Positions 1 through 7,632 of a stretch of DNA of 29,610 nt are shown here, piece by piece. The notes below the pieces were generated by a model. It searched no databases. It was not told the origin of the DNA and saw only the letters and a program-made list of their open reading frames with translations. The position numbers were made by a program, and so were the translations under genes. Origin of the DNA: a virus (lineage: Duplodnaviria; Heunggongvirae; Uroviricota; Caudoviricetes); IMG/VR virus record IMGVR_UViG_3300028030_000006, positions 1-29,610 of that record. One strand, given 5' to 3'. Position 1 is the stretch's first letter; every line of letters starts with the position of its first letter.

Positions 1-127
1 AGCCATACGCTAAGCCATACGCTAAGCCATACGCTAAGCCATACGCTAAGCCATACGCTAAGCCATACGCTAAGCCATACGCTAAGCCATACGCTAAGCC
101 ATACGCTAAGCCATACGCTAAGCCATA
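1..127 (+). repeat. Perfect tandem array of the 12-bp unit AGCCATACGCTA (10 full copies plus 7 nt; may extend left of the window)
   Basis: Read directly: positions 1-120 are 10 identical units, followed by AGCCATA and then AT-rich sequence. Confidence 0.98.
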
Positions 128-305
128 AATTGTAATGATTAGATTTTAATATAAAGCCTAAATAGTTATTAACTTAATAATAACCATAAAATAACTTTAT
201 AGGGATATTGCACCCGTTTAAAATCTTGCTATGGTAATGCTATCTTCATCTAAATAACATTCACGGGGATACCTAAGTACCCCCTAAAATGCCATCTAAA
301 GAGGT

Positions 306-995
306 TTAATCCTGAGAGTAGAACTCCTTATAAGCGACGCTTAATGGGCGATATATTTCATCAATACCATCACTGTCAATTTTGCTAAAGTCAAGGTCAT
401 ACGCTTTAAAAAACGCTACTAAGGAAATTTCTTCGCCTTTGACTTCTATTTTCTTTTTGCCGATTAATTGCCTAAGAGGCTTAGGCAATTTTAATTCCTC
501 TTTATCTGTGATAAGTCCTTTTTGCGTACTTTTAACCAAATTTAGTCTATCTAAGCATCTGATAAAATCCTCGTTAGTGTAGATATTACAGCTATCAAAG
601 TAAGGGATATACTGACTGTAAATCTCTAAATCTTTAAGGCTCTCAAAGAAGCTAAAATCCTCCCTTTTTGTCATCAATAAAAATCGCAACACGCTTTTAA
701 CGATTTTTTCCGTAGGCTTAGTTAGTTCCCCCGCACCCTCAAAAACTCTACTAACCGCTAAATAAGTATGATTAACACCTTTATAATCGGCATTACGCTC
801 GTCTAAGGCGTTATTATACTCACTGCTATTTTTTAAGATGTTAAGCACCTTTTTAAGTAGGTCGGTACTCTTTTGCTTGATGTTCTTACGCTCAACCGCT
901 ATCACTTGATGGGACTTATTTATACTAAGTACAGCATCTAATGAGCCTTTAATATTTTCATTTTGATTAGTTACTACCTTGTTTGTGTTTTCCAT
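306..995 (-). CDS. Hypothetical protein, 229 aa (orphan, probably early-expressed)
   Basis: Long ORF with an AAGGA RBS upstream (minus strand aaaaggaaaacaaaATG) and its own promoter. No family motif recognised. Confidence 0.85.
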   Translation of the reverse strand: MENTNKVVTNQNENIKGSLDAVLSINKSHQVIAVERKNIKQKSTDLLKKVLNILKNSSEYNNALDERNADYKGVNHTYLAVSRVFEGAGELTKPTEKIVKSVLRFLLMTKREDFSFFESLKDLEIYSQYIPYFDSCNIYTNEDFIRCLDRLNLVKSTQKGLITDKEELKLPKPLRQLIGKKKIEVKGEEISLVAFFKAYDLDFSKIDSDGIDEIYRPLSVAYKEFYSQD

Positions 996-1060
996 TTTGT
1001 TTTCCTTTTATGCCCTTTTAGGCTTGATTTAATTTGTCACTCTTATGAAGTGATGGGAGA

Positions 1061-1089
1061 ATTATACTACTTTTTAAAATCATAGTCAA
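1061..1089 (-). promoter_or_regulatory. Near-consensus sigma70 promoter driving the 229-aa gene
   Basis: Minus strand TTGACT (1089-1084), 17-bp spacer, TATAAT (1066-1061), about 65 nt upstream of the ATG at 995. Confidence 0.85.
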
Positions 1090-1156
1090 GACTTTTTAGG
1101 ATAAATTTTAAAATTCTTTTTTCATATCTTGCTTATAATGTAACGCGAGTACCTAA

Positions 1157-1200
1157 AAGTCGCTTAAAGTCTGCTTAAAGTCGCTTAAAGTTCGCTTAAA
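1157..1200 (+). repeat. Four imperfect direct repeats AAAGT(C/CT/TC)GCTT with a 10-11 bp period (iteron- or operator-like)
   Basis: aaagtcgctt aaagtctgctt aaagtcgctt aaagttcgctt aaa, read directly. Confidence 0.9.
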
Positions 1201-1377
1201 TATCGTTTGGTGTATTTTAGCTATTATATAAGAAAATATTATAACACTTTAAACGATACGCTAAGATTTATATGAAGATACTATAATAAATTCTTATAAC
1301 CACTTATAAATAAAACTTATATAGGACGCAAAAAGAGGTTAAAAAATAAAATATAACGAAATATGTGAAGTGCTTGA

Positions 1378-1408
1378 AACGCCCTATTTTAGGGAAGTGT
1401 AGGGCGTT
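1378..1408. repeat. 9-bp perfect inverted repeat AACGCCCTA-N13-TAGGGCGTT with a nested alternative hairpin CCCTA-TTT-TAGGG
   Basis: Arms at 1378-1386 and 1400-1408; inner TAGGG at 1390-1394. Confidence 0.85.
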
Positions 1409-1509
1409 AAGCTAGGTTTAAGGAAAGTTGTGAGTGAAGCGAAAAATAAGTGAATTTTGCGTATATGGGACGAAAAAAGTTTATTAATAGTGTAGTGAGG
1501 GCGAACGAT

Positions 1510-1567
1510 AAAAGGGCGATAAACGGCTTTAAAATGGCGAAAAACGGGGCGTTAAAAGTCGTTAAAA
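1510..1567 (+). other. Approximately helically phased A-tracts (candidate intrinsically bent DNA)
   Basis: A3-5 tracts start at 1510, 1521, 1531, 1540, 1554 and 1564, separated by GC-richer linkers. Confidence 0.6.
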
Positions 1568-1678
1568 GATGTTAAGCGTACTTTATGTTATCGCCTAATC
1601 TTGTTATTTTAGAGTATAAACGGGGTGGGTTAAAATCCGTTAAAAGTCCGTTGGGCGTCCACCCGCCAAACGACATAA

Positions 1679-1854
1679 TAAGTAGTAAATCGATCTTGTA
1701 CGTACAAATAATAGATCACGTGTTTAGCGTCGTAGTAAGTAGTAAATCGAGCTTGTAATGACGCCGTTTAGCGGAGGTAATAGGTACCGTTCAGCGTCGT
1801 AGTAAGTAGTAAGTAGTAAGTAGTAAATCGAGCTTGTGATGACGCCGTTTAGCG
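1679..1854 (+). repeat. Compound repeat: three related units containing TAAGTAGTAAATCGA...TTTAGCG, with an expanding TAGTAAG heptamer
   Basis: 1726-1773 and 1793-1854 are near-identical (agcgtcgtagtaag[tagtaag]n tagtaaatcgagcttgt(a/g)atgacgccgtttagcg). 1679-1729 is a diverged copy containing the palindrome TTGTACGTACAA (1696-1707). Confidence 0.9.
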
Positions 1855-1998
1855 TACTTCTTTTGTGGTTTAGATGTGTGGTAGTAGATGTATTTGGTGA
1901 GAGTCTTGAGGTCATTATATGTGAAGGTTAAGAATACTTTAAGGTTGTAGATACTGAGCCGTTTAGCGCCCATAAAGACGTCAAGCGACTCCGTTCAG

Positions 1999-2118
1999 CT
2001 ATCTAAGTAAATGTGTTATGATGTACTCAGTAATAGTCAAATTTTCAGCCTTAGCGAGCGCTATAAGTTTAGCTTTATCTTCAGCTGTTATTCGTATATT
2101 GATGCGTTCGAGCTTCAT
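1999..2118 (-). CDS. 39-aa ribbon-helix-helix (CopG/Arc/MetJ-type) DNA-binding protein; absent from the ORF track
   Basis: Manual translation gives MKLERINIRITAEDKAKLIALAKAENLTITEYIITHLLR*. AAGGAG RBS 5 nt upstream; ATGA overlap with the preceding stop. Alternating beta-strand (RINIRIT), helix A, turn, helix B pattern of RHH proteins. Confidence 0.8.
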   Translation of the reverse strand: MKLERINIRITAEDKAKLIALAKAENLTITEYIITHLLR

Positions 2119-2564
2119 AAGTTCTCCTTTCGTGTTATCTTAGGTTGTTGTTTAGTAGTACCAATACGCCGTTCAGCTGCTGTAACGTGCTCATATTTAT
2201 CCAGTATAGCCATCAGTTTCTTGTCATATACATCTTTCTGTTTACGTTGATAGTCATACGTACTATATGGTTGAAAGTTCAAATGTTGTTTAGTGAGTGG
2301 TTTATATTGTACGTACAGTGCCTCTTCAAATGGTTTAAGTAGCTGTCTATCAAGTTCTTGGTCTTCATATATAACTACATCAGCTAACCTACACGTCCGT
2401 ATATCATCTACATAAATATGTATTGACCTATCTACATCGATTAGTACGCCCACATTACCACATTTACATACTGGCCTAGCGAGCGTTAGACATTGTAGAC
2501 ATACCACATGATGTTTAGCTTTATCCGTATCTGTAGGTTTTATATGGTCGGTATACTCATACAT
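2115..2564 (-). CDS. Hypothetical protein with a putative Zn-ribbon (CLQC...CKCG)
   Basis: Coupled to the upstream gene (stop/start overlap at 2564). CxxC-x7-CxCG motif. Confidence 0.75.
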   Translation of the reverse strand: MYEYTDHIKPTDTDKAKHHVVCLQCLTLARPVCKCGNVGVLIDVDRSIHIYVDDIRTCRLADVVIYEDQELDRQLLKPFEEALYVQYKPLTKQHLNFQPYSTYDYQRKQKDVYDKKLMAILDKYEHVTAAERRIGTTKQQPKITRKENL

Positions 2565-3076
2565 TATGACTCCTCTACATTTACGTTTTCCAAAAGTGGG
2601 TGTATCCCACCACCTCTCGCTTTTGTTAATTGGTACTTTTCTATATCTGTTTCAAAGTCATCACGGTAGTGCCATACGACAAAATCTCCGGCATCAGCTT
2701 TAGCTGTTTTTGCAAGCTTTAAGGCAATCCTATGACGACTCACTTCGCGCTTAGGTATATTTAAAGCTAATGCTATAGAGGAATCAGGTAAGTACCTATA
2801 AGTATCATAAAGAAATTTGTCTTCTATATGAGACCACCTACGACGCTGTCTAGGCTTTGCTTTAGATGCATGCTGCTTGAGTAGCTGCAACTGGCCATAC
2901 CATGAGTCTGACCTATCAGGCTTATAGTCAAGTATTTGGTCAAGCTCCTCTTCCGTATAAAGTTTCTGGAGGTCTTCAGCTTTAAGATTACGTCTAGCTT
3001 TTGTATTCAGAGTAGACAGGTCCAATTTACGAGCCGTTTCGCGCCCATCATGTTCGCTACTTGATATATCCAACAT
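2564..3076 (-). CDS. Putative DNA-binding protein with a Myb/SANT-like helix-turn-helix
   Basis: RRRWSHIEDKFLYDTYRYLPDSSIALALNIPKREVSRHRIAL fits the W-S-x-x-E-D-x-x-L...IA-x-x-L pattern. GAAGG RBS. Confidence 0.65.
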   Translation of the reverse strand: MLDISSSEHDGRETARKLDLSTLNTKARRNLKAEDLQKLYTEEELDQILDYKPDRSDSWYGQLQLLKQHASKAKPRQRRRWSHIEDKFLYDTYRYLPDSSIALALNIPKREVSRHRIALKLAKTAKADAGDFVVWHYRDDFETDIEKYQLTKARGGGIHPLLENVNVEES

Positions 3077-3302
3077 ATGTTATACCTTCATAAATGATTT
3101 CAACATCACCATGTACGTCTAATGGTATTAGCTTAGCCGGGTTGTATAATATTCCGTTAATTGATACTCGTGTAGGGATAGATGAATCAGCCTTTTTAAG
3201 TAGTTTAGAGATATTGCGGTAGTATCTATGACGTATTGGTTTAGGGATATCCTTATCAATATGCCAAGCATACCCGTCTAATGTGCGTGTAAAATGTAAC
3301 AT
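3057..3302 (-). CDS. Hypothetical protein, 81 aa (start moved from 3377 to 3302)
   Basis: aaaaggactgaaATG gives an AAGGA RBS before MLHFTRTL, in frame with the track ORF. Confidence 0.7.
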   Translation of the reverse strand: MLHFTRTLDGYAWHIDKDIPKPIRHRYYRNISKLLKKADSSIPTRVSINGILYNPAKLIPLDVHGDVEIIYEGITYVGYIK

Positions 3303-3408
3303 TTCAGTCCTTTTATAGTTAGTTTGTAGTGGTATTATCAGACGAAAATAGCCACCCTTAACACCGTTTATCGCCAATATTGTCAGATATTGGGATTAAG
3401 TCAGTGGT

Positions 3409-3467
3409 TTAACGTCATTTAACTTCTTACATAGTTACTGTTTATAGTGATGGTTAAATGACGTTAA
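3409..3467. repeat. Perfect 15-bp inverted repeat TTAACGTCATTTAAC-N29-GTTAAATGACGTTAA downstream of terL
   Basis: Arms at 3409-3423 and 3453-3467, read directly. Confidence 0.92.
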
Positions 3468-3476
3468 GCGGTCCTA

Positions 3477-4958
3477 TTATCCAGTTATGATATTTAGTGT
3501 AGACATATTGAATTTGTCACTAAATAAGGCATATCGTAGAGCTGATATAAGGTCCCAGTGAGTCCCTTTAGGGTCTTTTACAAATGGATCTTTAGACGTT
3601 TTAGATGTGTCTTGACGATAGCGGATCCGCGTTAATTGTCTTATAAGTTCTTCAAGTTCCTTATTGACATATAACTTAGGTTTAGCGTTAGCTCCAGTTG
3701 ACGTAAGTAGCTGGTTTATGTACTGTATAGATGAAGCTACAGCATTATCAGCTTTCGCTATATCGTAGTCATAGTCAATTATGTAGTCGTTTAGCGTCTG
3801 AGCTGCTGCTGGATCTCCATATCTCATGTCAATTTCACCTGCTAGTGATGACTCTATTTCAATAAAGGCATCATGGTGTTGTGAAGTGGATCTATTAGAT
3901 TCTGAGTATATAGCGTGTATATAGTAAGCATTTGGTTCCCTATATATCCATACTTGTGCTGTAGAATCTGACCATCCAATATCTATACCTGATATGATTA
4001 TAGAGTTACTATTGAATTTGGTAGTATTAGGATCATAGAGGTGCACTTCTCGATCAAATGCATGAAATACATTATCATCTTGCCCAATAAATTCTGCTAG
4101 TATCTCTTGTCTATATAACATATCACCTAACTCAATACGCATCTGCTCAAAATATGAGGTAGGTAAGGTAGGATTACTCATAGATGGAGCTGAAAATGAC
4201 TTCCAATTCGGCATATCAAGTTCTTTTTCATAATACTCAAAGAGTTGATTGTCTACACCACGAGACGTACCAATAAACAAAGCACGTCCGTATAGGATAC
4301 CAGATGGACGAACACCATAGTCTAATAAAGTTGGTGCTAACATCTGTTTATAGATTACATCAGCGTTACTTATAGACTGGAATTCCTCAAATAGTAATAG
4401 TGAGAAGTGCCCACCTAAGGCTGACTCAATATTAGCGCTAGAGTTGGCCGTAAAGCGAGCACCGGTTTCAAGCTCAAAGTTAAACTGTCCTTTATTCATT
4501 GTTTTTATAGGAAGCCCTAATTTATTAACGAGCTTTAAAACTTCGTTAAAAATAATCTTAGCATTCGAGAATGTTGGACATACAAGAACTGTAGCTGAGA
4601 ATGGTATAAGAAGCTCTCGTAAACCTACATGTGCAATGCTATAGGATTTACCAAAACGCCGTCCGGCGGCAATAACAAAAGAGTTATATATGTCCCTTTG
4701 TCTATCGAACGCGTATATGAGTGGTTGTTGTCCTCTATGAGGAACATTACCACATAATTCCCATACCGTACGTAGATCTATAAGGTCTGTATGTTCTTGA
4801 TATATAGCTACCTCTTCATTTGTTACCTCACGTGTTTCTTTAGCACCATGAGCGAATCCGTAGAAGTACTCAAAGGCAGCTCGATCCTCACCTTCTAGTT
4901 TTTCGTACTCTGCACGTTCGTCATCTGTAAGTGTTAGTAGTTGTTCTTCAGTAAGCAT
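3477..4958 (-). CDS. terL: Terminase large subunit
   Basis: Walker A AAGRRFGKS, Walker B LLLFEE, RNase H-like nuclease motifs GIDIGWSDST and HWDLISALRY. AAGGA RBS. Confidence 0.95.
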   Translation of the reverse strand: MLTEEQLLTLTDDERAEYEKLEGEDRAAFEYFYGFAHGAKETREVTNEEVAIYQEHTDLIDLRTVWELCGNVPHRGQQPLIYAFDRQRDIYNSFVIAAGRRFGKSYSIAHVGLRELLIPFSATVLVCPTFSNAKIIFNEVLKLVNKLGLPIKTMNKGQFNFELETGARFTANSSANIESALGGHFSLLLFEEFQSISNADVIYKQMLAPTLLDYGVRPSGILYGRALFIGTSRGVDNQLFEYYEKELDMPNWKSFSAPSMSNPTLPTSYFEQMRIELGDMLYRQEILAEFIGQDDNVFHAFDREVHLYDPNTTKFNSNSIIISGIDIGWSDSTAQVWIYREPNAYYIHAIYSESNRSTSQHHDAFIEIESSLAGEIDMRYGDPAAAQTLNDYIIDYDYDIAKADNAVASSIQYINQLLTSTGANAKPKLYVNKELEELIRQLTRIRYRQDTSKTSKDPFVKDPKGTHWDLISALRYALFSDKFNMSTLNIITG

Positions 4959-5013
4959 TATATTCCTTCTATTCCTGAGAGCCCTATAAAGGCGTTTTGT
5001 GGTTGTACCCTAG

Positions 5014-5050
5014 TCCTACATCCTCTTTTTAATAAAAAGGCCTTGTAGGA
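5014..5050. other. Stem-loop between terS and terL
   Basis: TCCTACA (5014-5020) / TGTAGGA (5044-5050) enclosing CTTTTT-AAT-AAAAAG. Confidence 0.6.
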
Positions 5051-5075
5051 GCTCGTAGGTATGTATTTTGATGTA

Positions 5076-5501
5076 TTATGCATCATTTTTACTTTGTATA
5101 ACATTTATCTGTTGATATATACGAGCTAATGGGTCATTTGCTACCTCATCAGCTGACGTTTGACCCTTTAAACTATCTATTAGGGTTTTAGCAATCTCAA
5201 CATGATCTTTGCGGGTACTATTTCCAAGAGTACGCTCATCGTCCTCATTAATCGCATCTACCTTACTTTTAAGTGTAGCTGCTAGAGTCTCTGTAGCATA
5301 CGTAAGGAGTTGTTCCTTTCTAGCTTGCTTTAATTCGGCTATCCATTCTTTGACACCCTTTTTACGTCTTAGCTGTGCTACAGCCTCAACTGGTATGCCA
5401 AGCGAGTCGGCTACTGATTGTGATGATGGGTTAGTAACTAGCTTCTGAACTATAGCTTCTTCCACTACGCTGAGAGCTGGTACGTTTACTTCTTTTTTCA
5501 T
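5076..5501 (-). CDS. terS: Probable terminase small subunit
   Basis: 141 aa, directly upstream of terL. N-terminal HTH-like segment (SQSVADSLGIPVEAVAQLRRK) followed by helical oligomerisation-like segments. Confidence 0.7.
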   Translation of the reverse strand: MKKEVNVPALSVVEEAIVQKLVTNPSSQSVADSLGIPVEAVAQLRRKKGVKEWIAELKQARKEQLLTYATETLAATLKSKVDAINEDDERTLGNSTRKDHVEIAKTLIDSLKGQTSADEVANDPLARIYQQINVIQSKNDA

Positions 5502-5734
5502 TATACTTCCTTAAACGAATATGTACTTACAAAGCCATACTCGCACTATTAAATTTTTGTCGCTTTTTACTTTATAGGAATATAGCTATACTTTATTTAA
5601 CTTAATGCTACTATTTCCTCTATAAGATTAATCTGTATCTATACTTCATCCTTTCGGACTCGTATATCTACATTGCAAAGTTTTCAACTTATACATTTTT
5701 TTGTCAGTGATTTGTAACAATTCGGCGTTTTTCG

Positions 5735-5820
5735 TCAAGAAAACTTTAAGAAAACTATACCTTAAAATAGTGTTTCTTAGGAGGTTAAATTACTTTAAAT
5801 CATTAAGAAACACTTAAGAA
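5735..5820 (+). promoter_or_regulatory. Two pairs of 11-bp-period direct repeats (T(C/T)AAGAA) in the divergent terminase/head promoter region
   Basis: TCAAGAAAACT TTAAGAAAACT (5735-5756) and TTAAGAAACAC TTAAGAA (5803-5820). Confidence 0.55.
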
Positions 5821-5931
5821 TACCATACTATTACTTAAATTAGCCTTAAAAACATACAATTTAACGACAAATGTTTGTATCTATTATGTAACATTCCATG
5901 TATAAAGTAGTTAACAAAACAGGAGGTATTG

Positions 5932-6270
5932 ATGTTTTTTAATTATACACAGCCTGTATTTCGTAGGTTGGTAGACAACGCGTACCTTGAAAGTGGTGTT
6001 AGCAGTGCTTTATCTTATTATGTAGTAGGTTCAACGACTGATTTACAAGTGGCTTCAATTGAGTTTAAGTTGGAAAAACAGTCTGGTCGTGATACTACTA
6101 CATTGGTAGCCTGGACTTCGGTAGATATTTCTACTGCTACAGGAGGCGTTTATAGCATTCCTGTTACAGCTACTGGATCATCAACTGATTCATTATTATT
6201 AACACTACGTGTGACACTAGATACTGGGTCAGAATTCTTCTTAACAGACAATGAGGTGGTATTTATATGA
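5932..6270 (+). CDS. Hypothetical beta-rich (Ig-like?) protein, first gene of the late operon
   Basis: AGGAGG at 5921-5926 favours ATG 5932 over TTG 5929. Ser/Thr/Val-rich alternating strands; ATGA overlap with the portal gene. Confidence 0.75.
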   Translation: MFFNYTQPVFRRLVDNAYLESGVSSALSYYVVGSTTDLQVASIEFKLEKQSGRDTTTLVAWTSVDISTATGGVYSIPVTATGSSTDSLLLTLRVTLDTGSEFFLTDNEVVFI

Positions 6271-7625
6271 AAGAGCGTAATAAACCTTATTTATCTAATA
6301 TAAGAAGTAAACATCCAACCATCGCGCATGACGCTACAGCTTATACATCTGGCGGTAATAAGACATTTGATGAGCTTAATTCCACATATATCAGATCGGT
6401 AGAAACATTAGATTTAGCGGTACGTACTATCGCTAACGTCATATCGTTATGCAAAATGACTGCTGTATCAATTGACGATAAAGGTGTGTCTACTCCAGTA
6501 AAGATTGATAATGTCGATTTAGATTTCTTTAATGAGACTGATTCACGAGTGGACTTCTTACGAAAGCATGCAGTTAATATATTCACGCAAGGCGCTTCGT
6601 TAATCGTGACTGAAGAAGCAAAACGTGGTAAGTTAGGTAAGATGCTTAACTTCTATACACTGGATATGTCTAAGGTGTCTGTTAAGACTAGCAACAAAAA
6701 GCTAATCTCGGAGTTTATCTATACTGCCGAAGATTCTACAGAGATTACCTATAAAGCTGAAAAATGTATCTATATTAATGATAGTATAGATCCTACTAAC
6801 CTTGTTTACAGCTTATCTAGACTGAAAAGTTTAAATGATATGATATTAATGCAAGCAGGTATTGTAGGACAAGCTAAGGGTATGTTAACTGGCGGAAGTA
6901 AAAAAGCTTCTATTATATCAGCTGATACGCCTATATCTGAACGAAATATGAAGGTGATTAAAAAAGAGTTTGATGCATTTATGCGTAGCCCTACAGCGTC
7001 TTCGTTATTTATGAATACGAGTTTAAATGTACAGTCTATTGGTAATGCAATGTCTGGTGCTGAGATGTTAGCACTTCTCACAACTATCAATGAGGCAATG
7101 CTAAAACACTTTGGGATTCCTTCATTTTTACTTGGTGTAACATCTAAGGGCGCTAATAAGACTGAAGAGATTACGCTTATGTTGCGTACATTCTTTAATG
7201 CACAGCTATCACCAGTTTTGTTAAACACAGAACTACACTTTACTAGATTTTTTAGAGAACAGTTAGGCTTAGAAAATATAACTATTAAATTTGATTATAC
7301 AGATTTAAACATACTTAAAATGCCTGAAGAAATTCAAGTTGATTTAACTACTAAAAAACATAAAGCTGGTTTAATCACACTAAACGAAGCTAGGGCGATG
7401 CTAGAATTACCGCCTAGAGATGATGAAGCTGCGGATAAGATATTTATGCCTGCATTTTTATTTTCTGGACAGCCGTTAAGTTATGATAACTACACAAAGG
7501 ATCTTGAGCGTCTACTGAATGTGACAGCAGCTTCTCATGGAGCTGTAGCTGACGCATCAGGCAACTCTGGAGATTCGGATAATATTAACGTAGTAACAGA
7601 CTCAAGAGGAGGTCCACAACAATGA
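6267..7625 (+). CDS. Portal protein, HK97 family
   Basis: 452 aa with C-terminal GLITLNEARAMLELPP (G-x-x-T-x-NE-x-R motif), positioned before the protease and capsid. Confidence 0.92.
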   Translation: MKERNKPYLSNIRSKHPTIAHDATAYTSGGNKTFDELNSTYIRSVETLDLAVRTIANVISLCKMTAVSIDDKGVSTPVKIDNVDLDFFNETDSRVDFLRKHAVNIFTQGASLIVTEEAKRGKLGKMLNFYTLDMSKVSVKTSNKKLISEFIYTAEDSTEITYKAEKCIYINDSIDPTNLVYSLSRLKSLNDMILMQAGIVGQAKGMLTGGSKKASIISADTPISERNMKVIKKEFDAFMRSPTASSLFMNTSLNVQSIGNAMSGAEMLALLTTINEAMLKHFGIPSFLLGVTSKGANKTEEITLMLRTFFNAQLSPVLLNTELHFTRFFREQLGLENITIKFDYTDLNILKMPEEIQVDLTTKKHKAGLITLNEARAMLELPPRDDEAADKIFMPAFLFSGQPLSYDNYTKDLERLLNVTAASHGAVADASGNSGDSDNINVVTDSRGGPQQ

Positions 7626-7632
7626 ATGGAGA

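Noticed and set aside
265-284. GGGGATAC-CTAA-GTACCCC hairpin as terminator of the 229-aa gene
   Set aside because: The stem is imperfect and has no adjacent U-tract on the minus strand; too weak to call.
1724-1973. Track ORFs 1724..1915 and 1791..1973 as genes
   Set aside because: They run through the DNA repeats, have low-complexity translations (YYLLLTTYY) and lack a well-spaced RBS.
1679-2000. CRISPR or mini-array
   Set aside because: Repeat units are of unequal length, have no constant-length unique spacers, and there are no cas genes in the window.
5532-5540. AAGCCATAC match to the 12-bp array upstream of terS
   Set aside because: A single 9-nt match is within chance expectation for about 30 kb on two strands.
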